Shown here piece by piece: positions 1 to 8,184 of a DNA stretch of 44,095 bases. The DNA lies in contig JBBQGY010000001.1 in NCBI GenBank assembly GCA_038323435.1, forward strand, positions 1 through 44,095. The letters are read 5' to 3'. The notes below the pieces were generated by a model. The model saw only the letters and a list, made by a program, of their open reading frames with translations. It was not told the origin of the DNA and made no database searches. The position numbers and the translations under genes are program-made. The DNA is from Acidimicrobiales bacterium. GTDB taxonomy: Bacteria; Actinomycetota; Acidimicrobiia; Acidimicrobiales; RAAP-2. The stretch's first letter is position 1. Each line of letters begins with the position of its first letter.

Positions 1-741
1 AAGCACTCGGTCAGCCGTCTCGTGGGTTCGCCTCCCGGCTACGTCGGTTACGACGAAGGTGGTCAGTTGACCGAAGCCGTTCGCCGCAAGCCGTTCTCGG
101 TCGTTCTCTTTGACGAAGTGGAAAAGGCCCACCCCGACGTCTTCAACACGTTGTTGCAGATCCTCGAAGATGGTCGTCTCACCGACGCCCAGGGCCGTGC
201 CGTGGACTTCAAGAACACCATCTTAATTATGACGTCAAACCTGGGAACGGCGGACTTACGAAAAGCCGCCATTGGCTTCGGTAAGGCGTCCGATGTGGCC
301 AGCCACGAGCGGATGAAGGAGAAGGTCCACCAGGCGCTGAAGGCCCATTTCCGCCCGGAGTTTCTGAACCGCATCGACGATACGATTGTCTTCCACGAGT
401 TGACGAGGGACGAGGTCATTTTGATCGCCGACCTCTTCATTACGCGCCTGCGCGATCAGTTGGCGGTTCAGGGTCTTGGTTTGGAACTGTCGGCGAAGGC
501 GCAGGGTTTCCTCGCCGAGAAGGGTTACGACCCCGAACTCGGTGCGCGCCCACTGCGTCGTGCAATCCAGCAGTACGTCGAAGACGTGCTGAGCGAAAAG
601 ATTCTCTTCAAGGAGTTCCGAGCTGGCCAAACCATCGTCATCGACACCGTCGAAGGACCTGACGGCGAGATGCTCTCCTTTGAAGGCGTCGAGGGCTTGC
701 CGCCCTCGGTTGACTTCGAAGACCTCGCACCCAACGCTTAG
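1..741 (+). CDS. clpC: ATP-dependent Clp protease ATP-binding subunit, C-terminal part (5' truncated by window)
   Basis: Frame open from base 1: SRLVGSPPGYVGYDEGGQLTEAVRRKPFSVVLFDEVEKAHPDVFN, FRPEFLNRID, GARPLRRAIQ (AAA+ D2 motifs); located before radA. Confidence 0.93.
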   Translation, partial: KHSVSRLVGSPPGYVGYDEGGQLTEAVRRKPFSVVLFDEVEKAHPDVFNTLLQILEDGRLTDAQGRAVDFKNTILIMTSNLGTADLRKAAIGFGKASDVASHERMKEKVHQALKAHFRPEFLNRIDDTIVFHELTRDEVILIADLFITRLRDQLAVQGLGLELSAKAQGFLAEKGYDPELGARPLRRAIQQYVEDVLSEKILFKEFRAGQTIVIDTVEGPDGEMLSFEGVEGLPPSVDFEDLAPNA

Positions 742-769
742 AGTCACAGCCGCCTCGTAGCGTCGGGGC

Positions 770-2104
770 GTGAAGAGCCACCCCAATCACGTCTGTCGCG
801 ACTGCGGCACCACCTCGCCACGTTGGATCGGTCGGTGTCCGGGATGTGGTGCGTGGAACACGCTCGACGAAGAGCACTTCACGCAGCGTCCCATACGTAG
901 CAGGGTAACGTCCACGTCCCTGTGCGACGTGGACGAAGGGACCGCCGAGCTTCACTCGACCGGGTTGGGCGAGCTCGACCGAGTTCTTGGCGGCGGATTC
1001 ATTGCCGGCTCAACGACGCTGCTCTTCGGTGAACCGGGCGTTGGAAAGTCGACGCTGGCGCTGATGGCACTACGTTCTCTGGCACTGAGCGCGACGCCCG
1101 TGCTCTTGATTGCGGTCGAGGAATCGTCGGCTCAAGTGGCTCAGCGGGCCCGTCGTCTCGGCGAAGTACCGCGCGGACTCGAGGTTGCAGCGACCACGAG
1201 CGTCGCGGAGGCCGAACAACTGATTCGCGAGCACCGTCCAACCCTCTGTGTGGTCGACTCGGTGTCGGCGATGAGCGACGAATCTATTTCGAGCGCGCCC
1301 GGATCGATTGCGCAAGTGCGAATGGTGGCAGGTCGACTCTGCGCCGTTGCCAAGGCCACCGGTTCGGCACTGCTCATTGTCGGACACGTCACCAAAGACG
1401 GCGAACTCGCCGGACCACGGGCACTCGAACACCTGGTCGATACCGTGGTGCGCATTGAGGGCGATCGTCACGGTTCGCTGCGAATCGTGCGAGCGCTGAA
1501 GCATCGATTCGGTCCGACCGGCGAAGTCGGTCTGCTCGAGATGGTGCCCACCGGGCTTCGAGAGCTGCCCGACGCCGGGGTACTGCGCGCGCCCCAGTTG
1601 CACGTGCCCGGTGTTGTACTCACGGTGACGAACGATGGTTCGCGGTCGTTTCTCGTTGAAATTAAGGCGTTAGTTGCGACCGGATTGGGCGCGCCTCGTA
1701 GGGTGGCCCACCAGGTCTCCTCCCAGCGCCTCGCGTTGATGCTCGCCGTCCTCGAATCGCGGTGCGCGGTTGACACGAGCGCCGTCGACGTCTTCGCCGC
1801 GACGGCCGGTGGCATTGTGGCGAATGAACCGGGTGTGGACGTGGCCCTGGCGCTCGCGGTCGCGTCGGCGGTGATGAACTTCGTGGTACCGGGCACGCTC
1901 TGTGTTGTGGGCGAAGTGGGACTGGCCGGAGAACTACGCGCCGTCACGGGTCTGACGCGCCGTGTTCGCGAAGCCAAGCGCCTGGGGGCGACCGAAGTGA
2001 TCGTGCCCACAGAGGGGGAGCTCGACGACGTCGCCGGGGTCCGAGTGCGCCGCTGCGGGTCACTGTTCGAGGTCGTGCGCACCGCCCACACGGGCACGTG
2101 CTAA
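770..2104 (+). CDS. radA: DNA repair protein RadA/Sms
   Basis: C4 zinc finger CRDC..CPGC, Walker A GEPGVGKST, GHVTKDG..AGPRALEHLVD, KHRFG motif, Lon-like C-terminus GEVGLAGELR. Confidence 0.95.
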   Translation: MKSHPNHVCRDCGTTSPRWIGRCPGCGAWNTLDEEHFTQRPIRSRVTSTSLCDVDEGTAELHSTGLGELDRVLGGGFIAGSTTLLFGEPGVGKSTLALMALRSLALSATPVLLIAVEESSAQVAQRARRLGEVPRGLEVAATTSVAEAEQLIREHRPTLCVVDSVSAMSDESISSAPGSIAQVRMVAGRLCAVAKATGSALLIVGHVTKDGELAGPRALEHLVDTVVRIEGDRHGSLRIVRALKHRFGPTGEVGLLEMVPTGLRELPDAGVLRAPQLHVPGVVLTVTNDGSRSFLVEIKALVATGLGAPRRVAHQVSSQRLALMLAVLESRCAVDTSAVDVFAATAGGIVANEPGVDVALALAVASAVMNFVVPGTLCVVGEVGLAGELRAVTGLTRRVREAKRLGATEVIVPTEGELDDVAGVRVRRCGSLFEVVRTAHTGTC

Positions 2105-2175
2105 CCAAAGTGCGGTAGAATTGCTAATCCCCCTTACGCCCACTGGGCGGATTCCCTTTGAGGAGAACGTGGTTC

Positions 2176-2664
2176 ATGACAGTTCGCAAGTACAAAAAGG
2201 GCGATCGTCTCGTCTACCCACACCACGGCGCCTGCACCGTTGAAAAAATCGAAAAAATGACCGCCTTTGATGTCAAGCAGGACTACCTGAAGCTAAAAGT
2301 CGCCTACACCGATCTCGTGTTGATGGTGCCGGTTGCCAACGCCGAATCCGTGGGACTGCGCGACGTCATCAACGACGAAGAGGTCGAAGAGGTCTTCGCG
2401 GTACTTCGCAAGAAGGAAGCTCGCATGCCGACGAACTGGTCACGTCGCTTCAAGAACCACTCGGAGAAGTTGCGTTCGGGCGACATCTACCAGGTGGCCG
2501 AAGTCGTACGAAATCTCTCGATCCGGGACAAGGACAAGGGACTGTCGGCCGGTGAGAAGCGAATGCTGACCCGCGCTCGCCAAATTTTGGTCTCTGAGTT
2601 GACCTTCGCACTCAACGTGGACACGGAAGCAGCTGAAGAAAAGCTCGCCTCGGTCCTGCCGTAG
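2176..2664 (+). CDS. carD: CarD family RNA polymerase-binding factor
   Basis: VYPHHGA, NWSRRFK, EVVRNL..LSAGEKRML motifs; ATG 2176 with GAGGAG at 2160-2165; carD-ispD-ispF synteny. Confidence 0.95.
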   Translation: MTVRKYKKGDRLVYPHHGACTVEKIEKMTAFDVKQDYLKLKVAYTDLVLMVPVANAESVGLRDVINDEEVEEVFAVLRKKEARMPTNWSRRFKNHSEKLRSGDIYQVAEVVRNLSIRDKDKGLSAGEKRMLTRARQILVSELTFALNVDTEAAEEKLASVLP

Positions 2665-2666
2665 TC

Positions 2667-3311
2667 GTGTCAGTCGCGGCCGTCGTGGTGGCGGCTGGGC
2701 GGGGGGTCCGCTTCGGCGGTGCCAAGCAGTTCGAAACCCTGCACAATGAAACGGTGACGGCCCACAGCGTCCGCGCGGCCCGTTCGGTGGCCTCGCGCGT
2801 GGTGCTCGTAGTCCCGTCGAGTTACGACGGCAACGGCGAAGGCGCCGATGTCGTGGTGATCGGTGGCGACACGCGCGCGTCGTCAGTGCGCGCGGGGCTC
2901 GTGCAGTGCGGCGAAGCCGACGTCATTGTTGTCCACGACGCGGCACGCCCCCTCGCGTCAGATGCCCTCTTTCACGCAGTGGTCGACGCGGTGCGCGCCG
3001 GTGCGGACGCTGCGGTACCCGGACTCGTGATTACTGACACCGTGAAACGCGTCACGCGTGATGGCTCGTTGGTTATCGTTCATGAGACAGTGACGCGCGA
3101 CGAACTCATGACCGTCCAAACCCCCCAAGCCTTTAGCCGAGATGCTCTCGCGCGCGCACACGCAAATTCGAGCGAGGCGACCGATGATGCTGCACTGGTT
3201 GAAGCGTGGGGCGGGCGAGTGGTGGTCGTGCCCGGTGAGATTGAAAACTGCAAGATCACATCGCGTGACGACCTTGAGAAAATTGTGACGTCGCTACGAG
3301 GTGAGAAATGA
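2667..3311 (+). CDS. ispD: 2-C-methyl-D-erythritol 4-phosphate cytidylyltransferase
   Basis: AAGRGVRFG..KQF, VHDAARP, DTVKRV, QTPQAF, TDDA, KIT motifs. Confidence 0.95.
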   Translation: MSVAAVVVAAGRGVRFGGAKQFETLHNETVTAHSVRAARSVASRVVLVVPSSYDGNGEGADVVVIGGDTRASSVRAGLVQCGEADVIVVHDAARPLASDALFHAVVDAVRAGADAAVPGLVITDTVKRVTRDGSLVIVHETVTRDELMTVQTPQAFSRDALARAHANSSEATDDAALVEAWGGRVVVVPGEIENCKITSRDDLEKIVTSLRGEK

Positions 3312-3781
3312 GAATTGGACACGGCATTGATGTCCACCAAGTCAGCGATGATCCCTCGCGCGAGCTCTGGCTCGGCCTCGTGCGTATCGCGGGCGCGCCC
3401 GGCCTCGTTGGTCACTCGGACGCCGACGTGGCCACGCACGCACTGTGCGACGCGTTGCTGGGTGGAGCGAATTTGGGCGATCTCGGTCGACACTTTCCCG
3501 ACACCGACCCTGCATTCGCCGGGGCCTCGTCGAGGCGGCTCCTCGAAGCAACGGTCGCCCTCGTCAAGAACGAAGGACTTCGTGTGTTGTCCGCGGACAT
3601 CACCATCATCGCTGAGCGTCCGAAGTTGGCCGACTTCATGTCAGCCATGTCGACAAAGTTGTCGTCCGTCGTTGGTGCGCTCGTCACCGTGAAGGCCACT
3701 ACCGTCGAAGGGCTCGGAGCCTTGGGGCGAGCCGAGGGACTCGGCGCAACTGCCGTTGTCCTATTAGAGGAGATCAAATGA
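3308..3781 (+). CDS. ispF: 2-C-methyl-D-erythritol 2,4-cyclodiphosphate synthase
   Basis: RIGHGIDVH, GHSDADV..HA.CDALLG, DLGRHFPD, VKATT.EGLG; 4-bp overlap with ispD. Confidence 0.95.
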   Translation: MRIGHGIDVHQVSDDPSRELWLGLVRIAGAPGLVGHSDADVATHALCDALLGGANLGDLGRHFPDTDPAFAGASSRRLLEATVALVKNEGLRVLSADITIIAERPKLADFMSAMSTKLSSVVGALVTVKATTVEGLGALGRAEGLGATAVVLLEEIK

Positions 3782-4644
3782 GTCCGCGACCCGCACCCCG
3801 ACGAGGAACGCCGAACGGACGATCGCCGCGACAGGGTGGTCGTCCCCTGACTGGCGGACAGGTTGGTGGGCCGCGACGCGCCCCATCAAGTCGCGACAAA
3901 GAAGGTTTGGGTGGCGAGCAGGTTGAGGGCCGCCACGCAGTTCTGGAATTATTGAAAGCACGTCGACGACAGATTCAAAAGATCTATATCGCCGACGCCC
4001 AGGATGCATCGGACACGCTCGACGCAATTGAGTTTGAAGCGCAGCGCCAACGCGTCGGGGTGCAAGTCATCTCGATGACTCGATTGGACCGTGAAGCACG
4101 TACCGAAGGTCACCAGGGCGTGATGGCGATTGCCGCTCGGCTCGAGACCGTGGGGCTCGACGAACTGATGCAAAAGAAGCACCCGTTTCTATTGGTCTGT
4201 GACGGTGTCACCGATCCACGCAATCTGGGGGCAATGTTGCGTAGTGCCGAAGGCGCGGGCGTCACCGGCGTTGTCGTGCCTCGGCACCGTTCTGCGCGAA
4301 TTTCGCCTACCGTCACAAAGACCGCCGCGGGCGCAATTGAATACCTTACGTTTAGTGACGTAGGAGGAATCCCCGCGGCACTGGAACAGATGAACAAAGC
4401 GGGCATCTTCACTGTTGGTCTCGCCGGCGAGGCGAAGGAGTCGATCTATGGCTTCGACTTGGGGTCGGTTCCGGTGGCCCTGGTCGTTGGCGGCGAAGAA
4501 AAGGGACTTTCTGCGTTGACCCGTAAGCGATGTGCGGCCGTTGTGTCCATACCCCAGTTGGGCAAGATAAGTTCACTCAACGCAGGGGTCGCCGTGTCGA
4601 TCGCCGCATTCGAAGTGGCGCGTCAGCGACGCACGCATTCGTAA
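3778..4644 (+). CDS. rlmB: 23S rRNA 2'-O-ribose methyltransferase, RlmB/TrmH (SpoU) family
   Basis: HQGV.A, DGVTDPRNLGAMLRSA, GGEEKGLS, IPQ.G.ISSLNAGVA SPOUT motifs; R/P/G-rich N-terminal extension. Confidence 0.92.
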   Translation: MSPRPAPRRGTPNGRSPRQGGRPLTGGQVGGPRRAPSSRDKEGLGGEQVEGRHAVLELLKARRRQIQKIYIADAQDASDTLDAIEFEAQRQRVGVQVISMTRLDREARTEGHQGVMAIAARLETVGLDELMQKKHPFLLVCDGVTDPRNLGAMLRSAEGAGVTGVVVPRHRSARISPTVTKTAAGAIEYLTFSDVGGIPAALEQMNKAGIFTVGLAGEAKESIYGFDLGSVPVALVVGGEEKGLSALTRKRCAAVVSIPQLGKISSLNAGVAVSIAAFEVARQRRTHS

Positions 4645-4869
4645 GCAATGAACGCAACATGGGACGTAGTGCCCTAGTTTGCTTTATCGCGCTGACCCTA
4701 CAGTATGAACGTAATTGGGATTCAGGAACGACTTTAGTGAGTTGACTCGTCACATCTTGACTTCGTTTCGTTCTCGTAATTGATGTGCTCTTGCTCCGTT
4801 CGGAGTCGTGAGCAGTATGAGTACGTTTGACCGCCAGGCGCACTGTCCTATTCAATTAAAGGAAGTTTC

Positions 4870-6489
4870 ATGCGTCAATTGGTCTCAAATAATGCCACTT
4901 CAAAGATGTTCAGATTTGCGAGTTTCACACTTGTTGTAATTCTTGCTCTATCCATTTCAACCCAGTGGTCAGCGGCTGCGACGCCGGGCTTTTATCACTC
5001 GGTCACATTTGCTCAAAATGACAACGCTAGCGATCCGATTTATGCCACACAGACGGAGAATGTACCGACGCCTCTCACATCGTTCGCAAATCTCAGCACA
5101 CCTTTTACTAAGCCTGGTTTCACATTTGAAAGTTGGAATACATCTGCAGATGGGACTGGATCGTCGTATGTTGATGGCGCGACCTTCGACTTCGCTGCGG
5201 CGACCGTGTTGTTCGCAATTTGGACCAGCCTCAACCACTCGGTCACTTTTGCGCAGAATGACAGCGTCAACGATCCAATTTTTCTGACGCAGACGGCTAA
5301 TGCGCCGACGTCCCTCACTTTGTTCACAAATCTGAAGCCACTTCTCGTTAAGCAGGGATACACGTTTGGCCACTGGAACACTTCAGCAAATGGAACTGGT
5401 ACGTCGTATGTCGATGGCGCGATTTTTGACTTCGCAGCGGCGACTGTTTTATACGCAATTTGGACCGCAACGCTAACTGCTACAGCAAGTTTCTTGGTGA
5501 ACGGGGGGACCGGCACCATTGCGCCAGTTACGTATCCAGTCGGATCGGCCACCACGCTGCCGGCGATCTCCGGTATTACAAACCCTGGCTACACCTTTGT
5601 CGGTTGGAACACTGCTGCCAATGGAAGTGGAACGTCGTATCTGAGTGGTTCGTCGTACATCTTCACGGGCGATCAGACGCTCTACGCACAGTGGGCAGCA
5701 AACGTTTACCAAGTCACGTACTCGGCTAACGGCGGATCTGTGAGTCCCTCAATATCCAACTACACGATTGGCACCTCAGCGCTAGTTCTACCGACGCCCA
5801 CCAGTACAGGTTTTGACTTTAATGGGTGGTTTACTGCGGTCGCGGGTGGAACCCTCATTGGTCTCGGCGGGGCTGCGTACACACCCAACACGACTTCCGT
5901 TCTCTATGCCCAATGGACGCAAGTAGTTACTGACACCTTGACATTCAATGCGAATGGAGGGAGCGGCGTCGTTGCACCTATTTCAGGTCCGCACGGATCG
6001 TCAATTACGTTACCTGGTCAACTTGGACTTTTGCATGCCGGTTTCGTGTTGTCGCGCTGGACGTCAACGTCTAAGGGAAGTGGCATTTCGTACATCGCTG
6101 GTCAGACCATCAAGTTGTCGGGTTCGTCAATCCTCTACGCCCAGTGGACAGGTCATGCGGCAGCAGTACTACTTGGAGCGGTTGGAAACTTTTCCAAAAA
6201 CTCGTCGTCGCTCACCGCCGCGTTAAAACGCGAAGTCAAACATCTCGCACTATCGGTGAGAGGAAAAAAGTACCACTCCGTTCTTCTCTACGGTTACACC
6301 GCGACTACGGGACTTCAGTCACTCAACCTTTCACTTAGTCGTGCCCGCGCGATTGGCGTCGCGAACTACCTCCGCGCAGAGTTGCGCGTGATGAATGTCA
6401 AAGGCGTATCAATTTCTTGCGCGGGTGAGGGTGCCATTGCCGGTGGTTCAAGTGCGGCGTATTCGCGGGTCGAAGTTTTTGTCCTGTGA
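4870..6489 (+). CDS. Secreted protein with Listeria/Bacteroides (InlB B-repeat-like) repeats and a C-terminal OmpA-like domain
   Basis: Signal peptide; five repeats of the type G(Y/F)xFxxWNT..GxG.....LYAxW; C-terminal GYTA..G..NLSLSRARA..VANYL..GEG..RVEV; AAGGAAG upstream of ATG. Confidence 0.85.
   Translation: MRQLVSNNATSKMFRFASFTLVVILALSISTQWSAAATPGFYHSVTFAQNDNASDPIYATQTENVPTPLTSFANLSTPFTKPGFTFESWNTSADGTGSSYVDGATFDFAAATVLFAIWTSLNHSVTFAQNDSVNDPIFLTQTANAPTSLTLFTNLKPLLVKQGYTFGHWNTSANGTGTSYVDGAIFDFAAATVLYAIWTATLTATASFLVNGGTGTIAPVTYPVGSATTLPAISGITNPGYTFVGWNTAANGSGTSYLSGSSYIFTGDQTLYAQWAANVYQVTYSANGGSVSPSISNYTIGTSALVLPTPTSTGFDFNGWFTAVAGGTLIGLGGAAYTPNTTSVLYAQWTQVVTDTLTFNANGGSGVVAPISGPHGSSITLPGQLGLLHAGFVLSRWTSTSKGSGISYIAGQTIKLSGSSILYAQWTGHAAAVLLGAVGNFSKNSSSLTAALKREVKHLALSVRGKKYHSVLLYGYTATTGLQSLNLSLSRARAIGVANYLRAELRVMNVKGVSISCAGEGAIAGGSSAAYSRVEVFVL
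4996..5470 (+). repeat. Intragenic tandem duplication, 240-nt (80-aa) period
   Basis: CACTCGGTCAC at 4996 and 5236; both units read HSVTFAQND..DPI..TQT.N.PT.LT.F.NL....K.G.TF..WNTSA.GTG.SYVDGA.FDFAAATVL.AIWT. Confidence 0.9.
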
Positions 6490-6576
6490 TCGAGGCACCG
6501 GAGCCGTGAAAGATTGCGACGTGATTCGACAGGATGGCCCGATTCGTTGTCGAATCCCAAAGGTCGACCCTCTTGC

Positions 6577-6652
6577 GGAGCCGGTGGAGGGATTCGAACC
6601 CACGACCTGACGATTACAAATCGCCTGCGCTGCCAGACTGCGCCACACCGGC
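6577..6652 (-). tRNA. tRNA-Thr (anticodon UGU)
   Basis: Minus strand GCCGGTG-TGGCGCAGTCTGGCAGCGCA-GGCGA TTTGTAA TCGTC-AGGTC-GTGGG TTCGAAT CCCTC-CACCGGC-TCC; cloverleaf; CCA only partly encoded; one U-U mismatch in the T stem. Confidence 0.95.
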
Positions 6653-6704
6653 TAGGAACTAACAAGGTTAGTGAAATTCAACTGATCGCTCTAGGATTGC
6701 GCCA

Positions 6705-7223
6705 ATGAGTGATTCGTCCCACCACAACCATCGGTCCAACGCCGCGGGATCGCACCACCAACCGGCACTCAGTGCCGTGTTGGCCATCGTCATTCTCTTC
6801 GTCGTCGCGACGTTTTTCATGTTGCGCTATTCACCGGCATCGTCGTCGGCTGCGAATACCTCGCCGACGTCGCCGACTTCGTCATCGACGACCACAACAC
6901 AATCTCACTCCAAAATCGTTCCAAAATCGCAGGTCCGTGTGCAGGTGGCGAACGGCACGTCGACGCCTGGACTTGCCCGCACGTATACCCAGCGACTTTT
7001 GACGTTCGGTTGGGACACGCTCCCTCAGCTGAATGGCAACAAGGTCACGTCGACGTTTGTCTATTTCAACCCCGGTTACAAGTGGGCCGCGCAACAAATC
7101 GCGAGTGAGATTCATGCAGGTACTCACGCCGTGCGGCCGTACAACGCACAGAGCCTCGGTTTCACCGTCTCTACCGACGACGTGATTGTGATCTTGGGAC
7201 CAGACCTCGCCATTGTCGGCTGA
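6705..7223 (+). CDS. Membrane-anchored LytR C-terminal domain protein
   Basis: Single TM, S/T linker, VRVQVANGTSTPGLA...GW...S.VYF.PG..AAQ.IA...DVIVILGPD pattern. Confidence 0.85.
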   Translation: MSDSSHHNHRSNAAGSHHQPALSAVLAIVILFVVATFFMLRYSPASSSAANTSPTSPTSSSTTTTQSHSKIVPKSQVRVQVANGTSTPGLARTYTQRLLTFGWDTLPQLNGNKVTSTFVYFNPGYKWAAQQIASEIHAGTHAVRPYNAQSLGFTVSTDDVIVILGPDLAIVG

Positions 7224-8000
7224 TCACACTTGAGGCGGTAAGTGCACCGAATAGCGTTTTAGTGCCGCCCGCAGTACGTCCATCGACATGGGCCGTAGTT
7301 CTTCGAGTGGCCGGTTGCGGTGACGACGAACGCCGAGATCGACTTGGGCGAGGCTGTGCACGCCGAACTGACGAGCAATGTCGATGAGCAGCGCAATTTC
7401 GACGCCGTACGCCTTCTCCAACGTGATTGCGTCGAACGCGCTACGTCGTCCGGCGGTTTCGCCGGCGAGGGGCTGGCGGATTTCACCTAGCCCGGGGTAG
7501 AGCAGCGAGAGGATCGGGCGCGCGGCGAGTTCGTTGACCCGCCCGCCGCCCGTCGGCATATTGTGCAGCGGTCGCTCGTAGTAGCCCTTGACGAGCTGGA
7601 TCTCGCTACGTTCCAGCAGTGGCTGAATGAGTCGAGCGACAAATTCCGACGTCGTATTCACTACGTCAGCGTCGAGAAACACCACGATGTCCGCGGTCGT
7701 GCTGGCAAGACCGACCCGCATGGCCTCACCCTTCCCGCTCGGCCCGTCCATGCCAATCACCCGAGCCCCGTGGTGGTCGGCGACTGTCGTCGTGTCGTCG
7801 ACAGAGTTGTCGTTGACGACGACGAGCTCGTCGACCAGGTGGCGATGGACCAGTACGGCGTCGAGCACGGTGCCGACGGTCGCCGATTCATTTTTGGCCG
7901 GCACAATCACCGCCACCGTGAGGTCACCCTTCAATTGAGTGACGCGATCGAGGTTGAAATCTTCGCGGCTGAGGGTCCAGGGGACGTCGGCGCTGCTCAT
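7224..8000 (-). CDS. gpgS: Glucosyl-3-phosphoglycerate synthase
   Basis: IVPAKNE, GKGEAM, FLDAD, VKGYY.RP, GGRVNEL.ARP, QPLAGE.A, YGVEI.LLID, RHRNRPL; start placed at ATG 8000 because the longer ORF would overlap the promoter/riboswitch. Confidence 0.9.
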   Translation of the reverse strand: MSSADVPWTLSREDFNLDRVTQLKGDLTVAVIVPAKNESATVGTVLDAVLVHRHLVDELVVVNDNSVDDTTTVADHHGARVIGMDGPSGKGEAMRVGLASTTADIVVFLDADVVNTTSEFVARLIQPLLERSEIQLVKGYYERPLHNMPTGGGRVNELAARPILSLLYPGLGEIRQPLAGETAGRRSAFDAITLEKAYGVEIALLIDIARQFGVHSLAQVDLGVRRHRNRPLEELRPMSMDVLRAALKRYSVHLPPQV

Positions 8001-8037
8001 TATGAGCAGGTTAGGCCGTGGATGGGCAAACTCGCAC

Positions 8038-8066
8038 TTGACAAGCAACGAACGGTCGGCAACAAT
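8038..8066 (+). promoter_or_regulatory. Sigma70-type promoter for the riboswitch-thrC-like operon
   Basis: TTGACA (8038-8043), 17-bp spacer, AACAAT (8061-8066); predicted start near 8073 coincides with the riboswitch 5' end. Confidence 0.65.
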
Positions 8067-8073
8067 TGTTGCG

Positions 8074-8174
8074 TCATCAAGAGCGACTGAGGGACGGCCC
8101 CGTTGAAGTCGCGACAACCAGTGTGAACCGTGGGCATTTGCCCATCACACCAGGTGCCAAAGGCCGAACGATGA
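8074..8174 (+). ncRNA. SAM-I class riboswitch, compact form without P4
   Basis: P1 TCATC/GATGA; AAGAG; P2 GCGAC/GTCGC with GGG-ACGG-CCC; P3 GACAACC/GGTGCC with inner stems GTGTGA/TCACAC and GTGGGCA/TGCCCAT; pseudoknot CGG/CCG; SD AAGGGAG right after P1. Confidence 0.88.
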
Positions 8175-8184
8175 AAAGGGAGTT

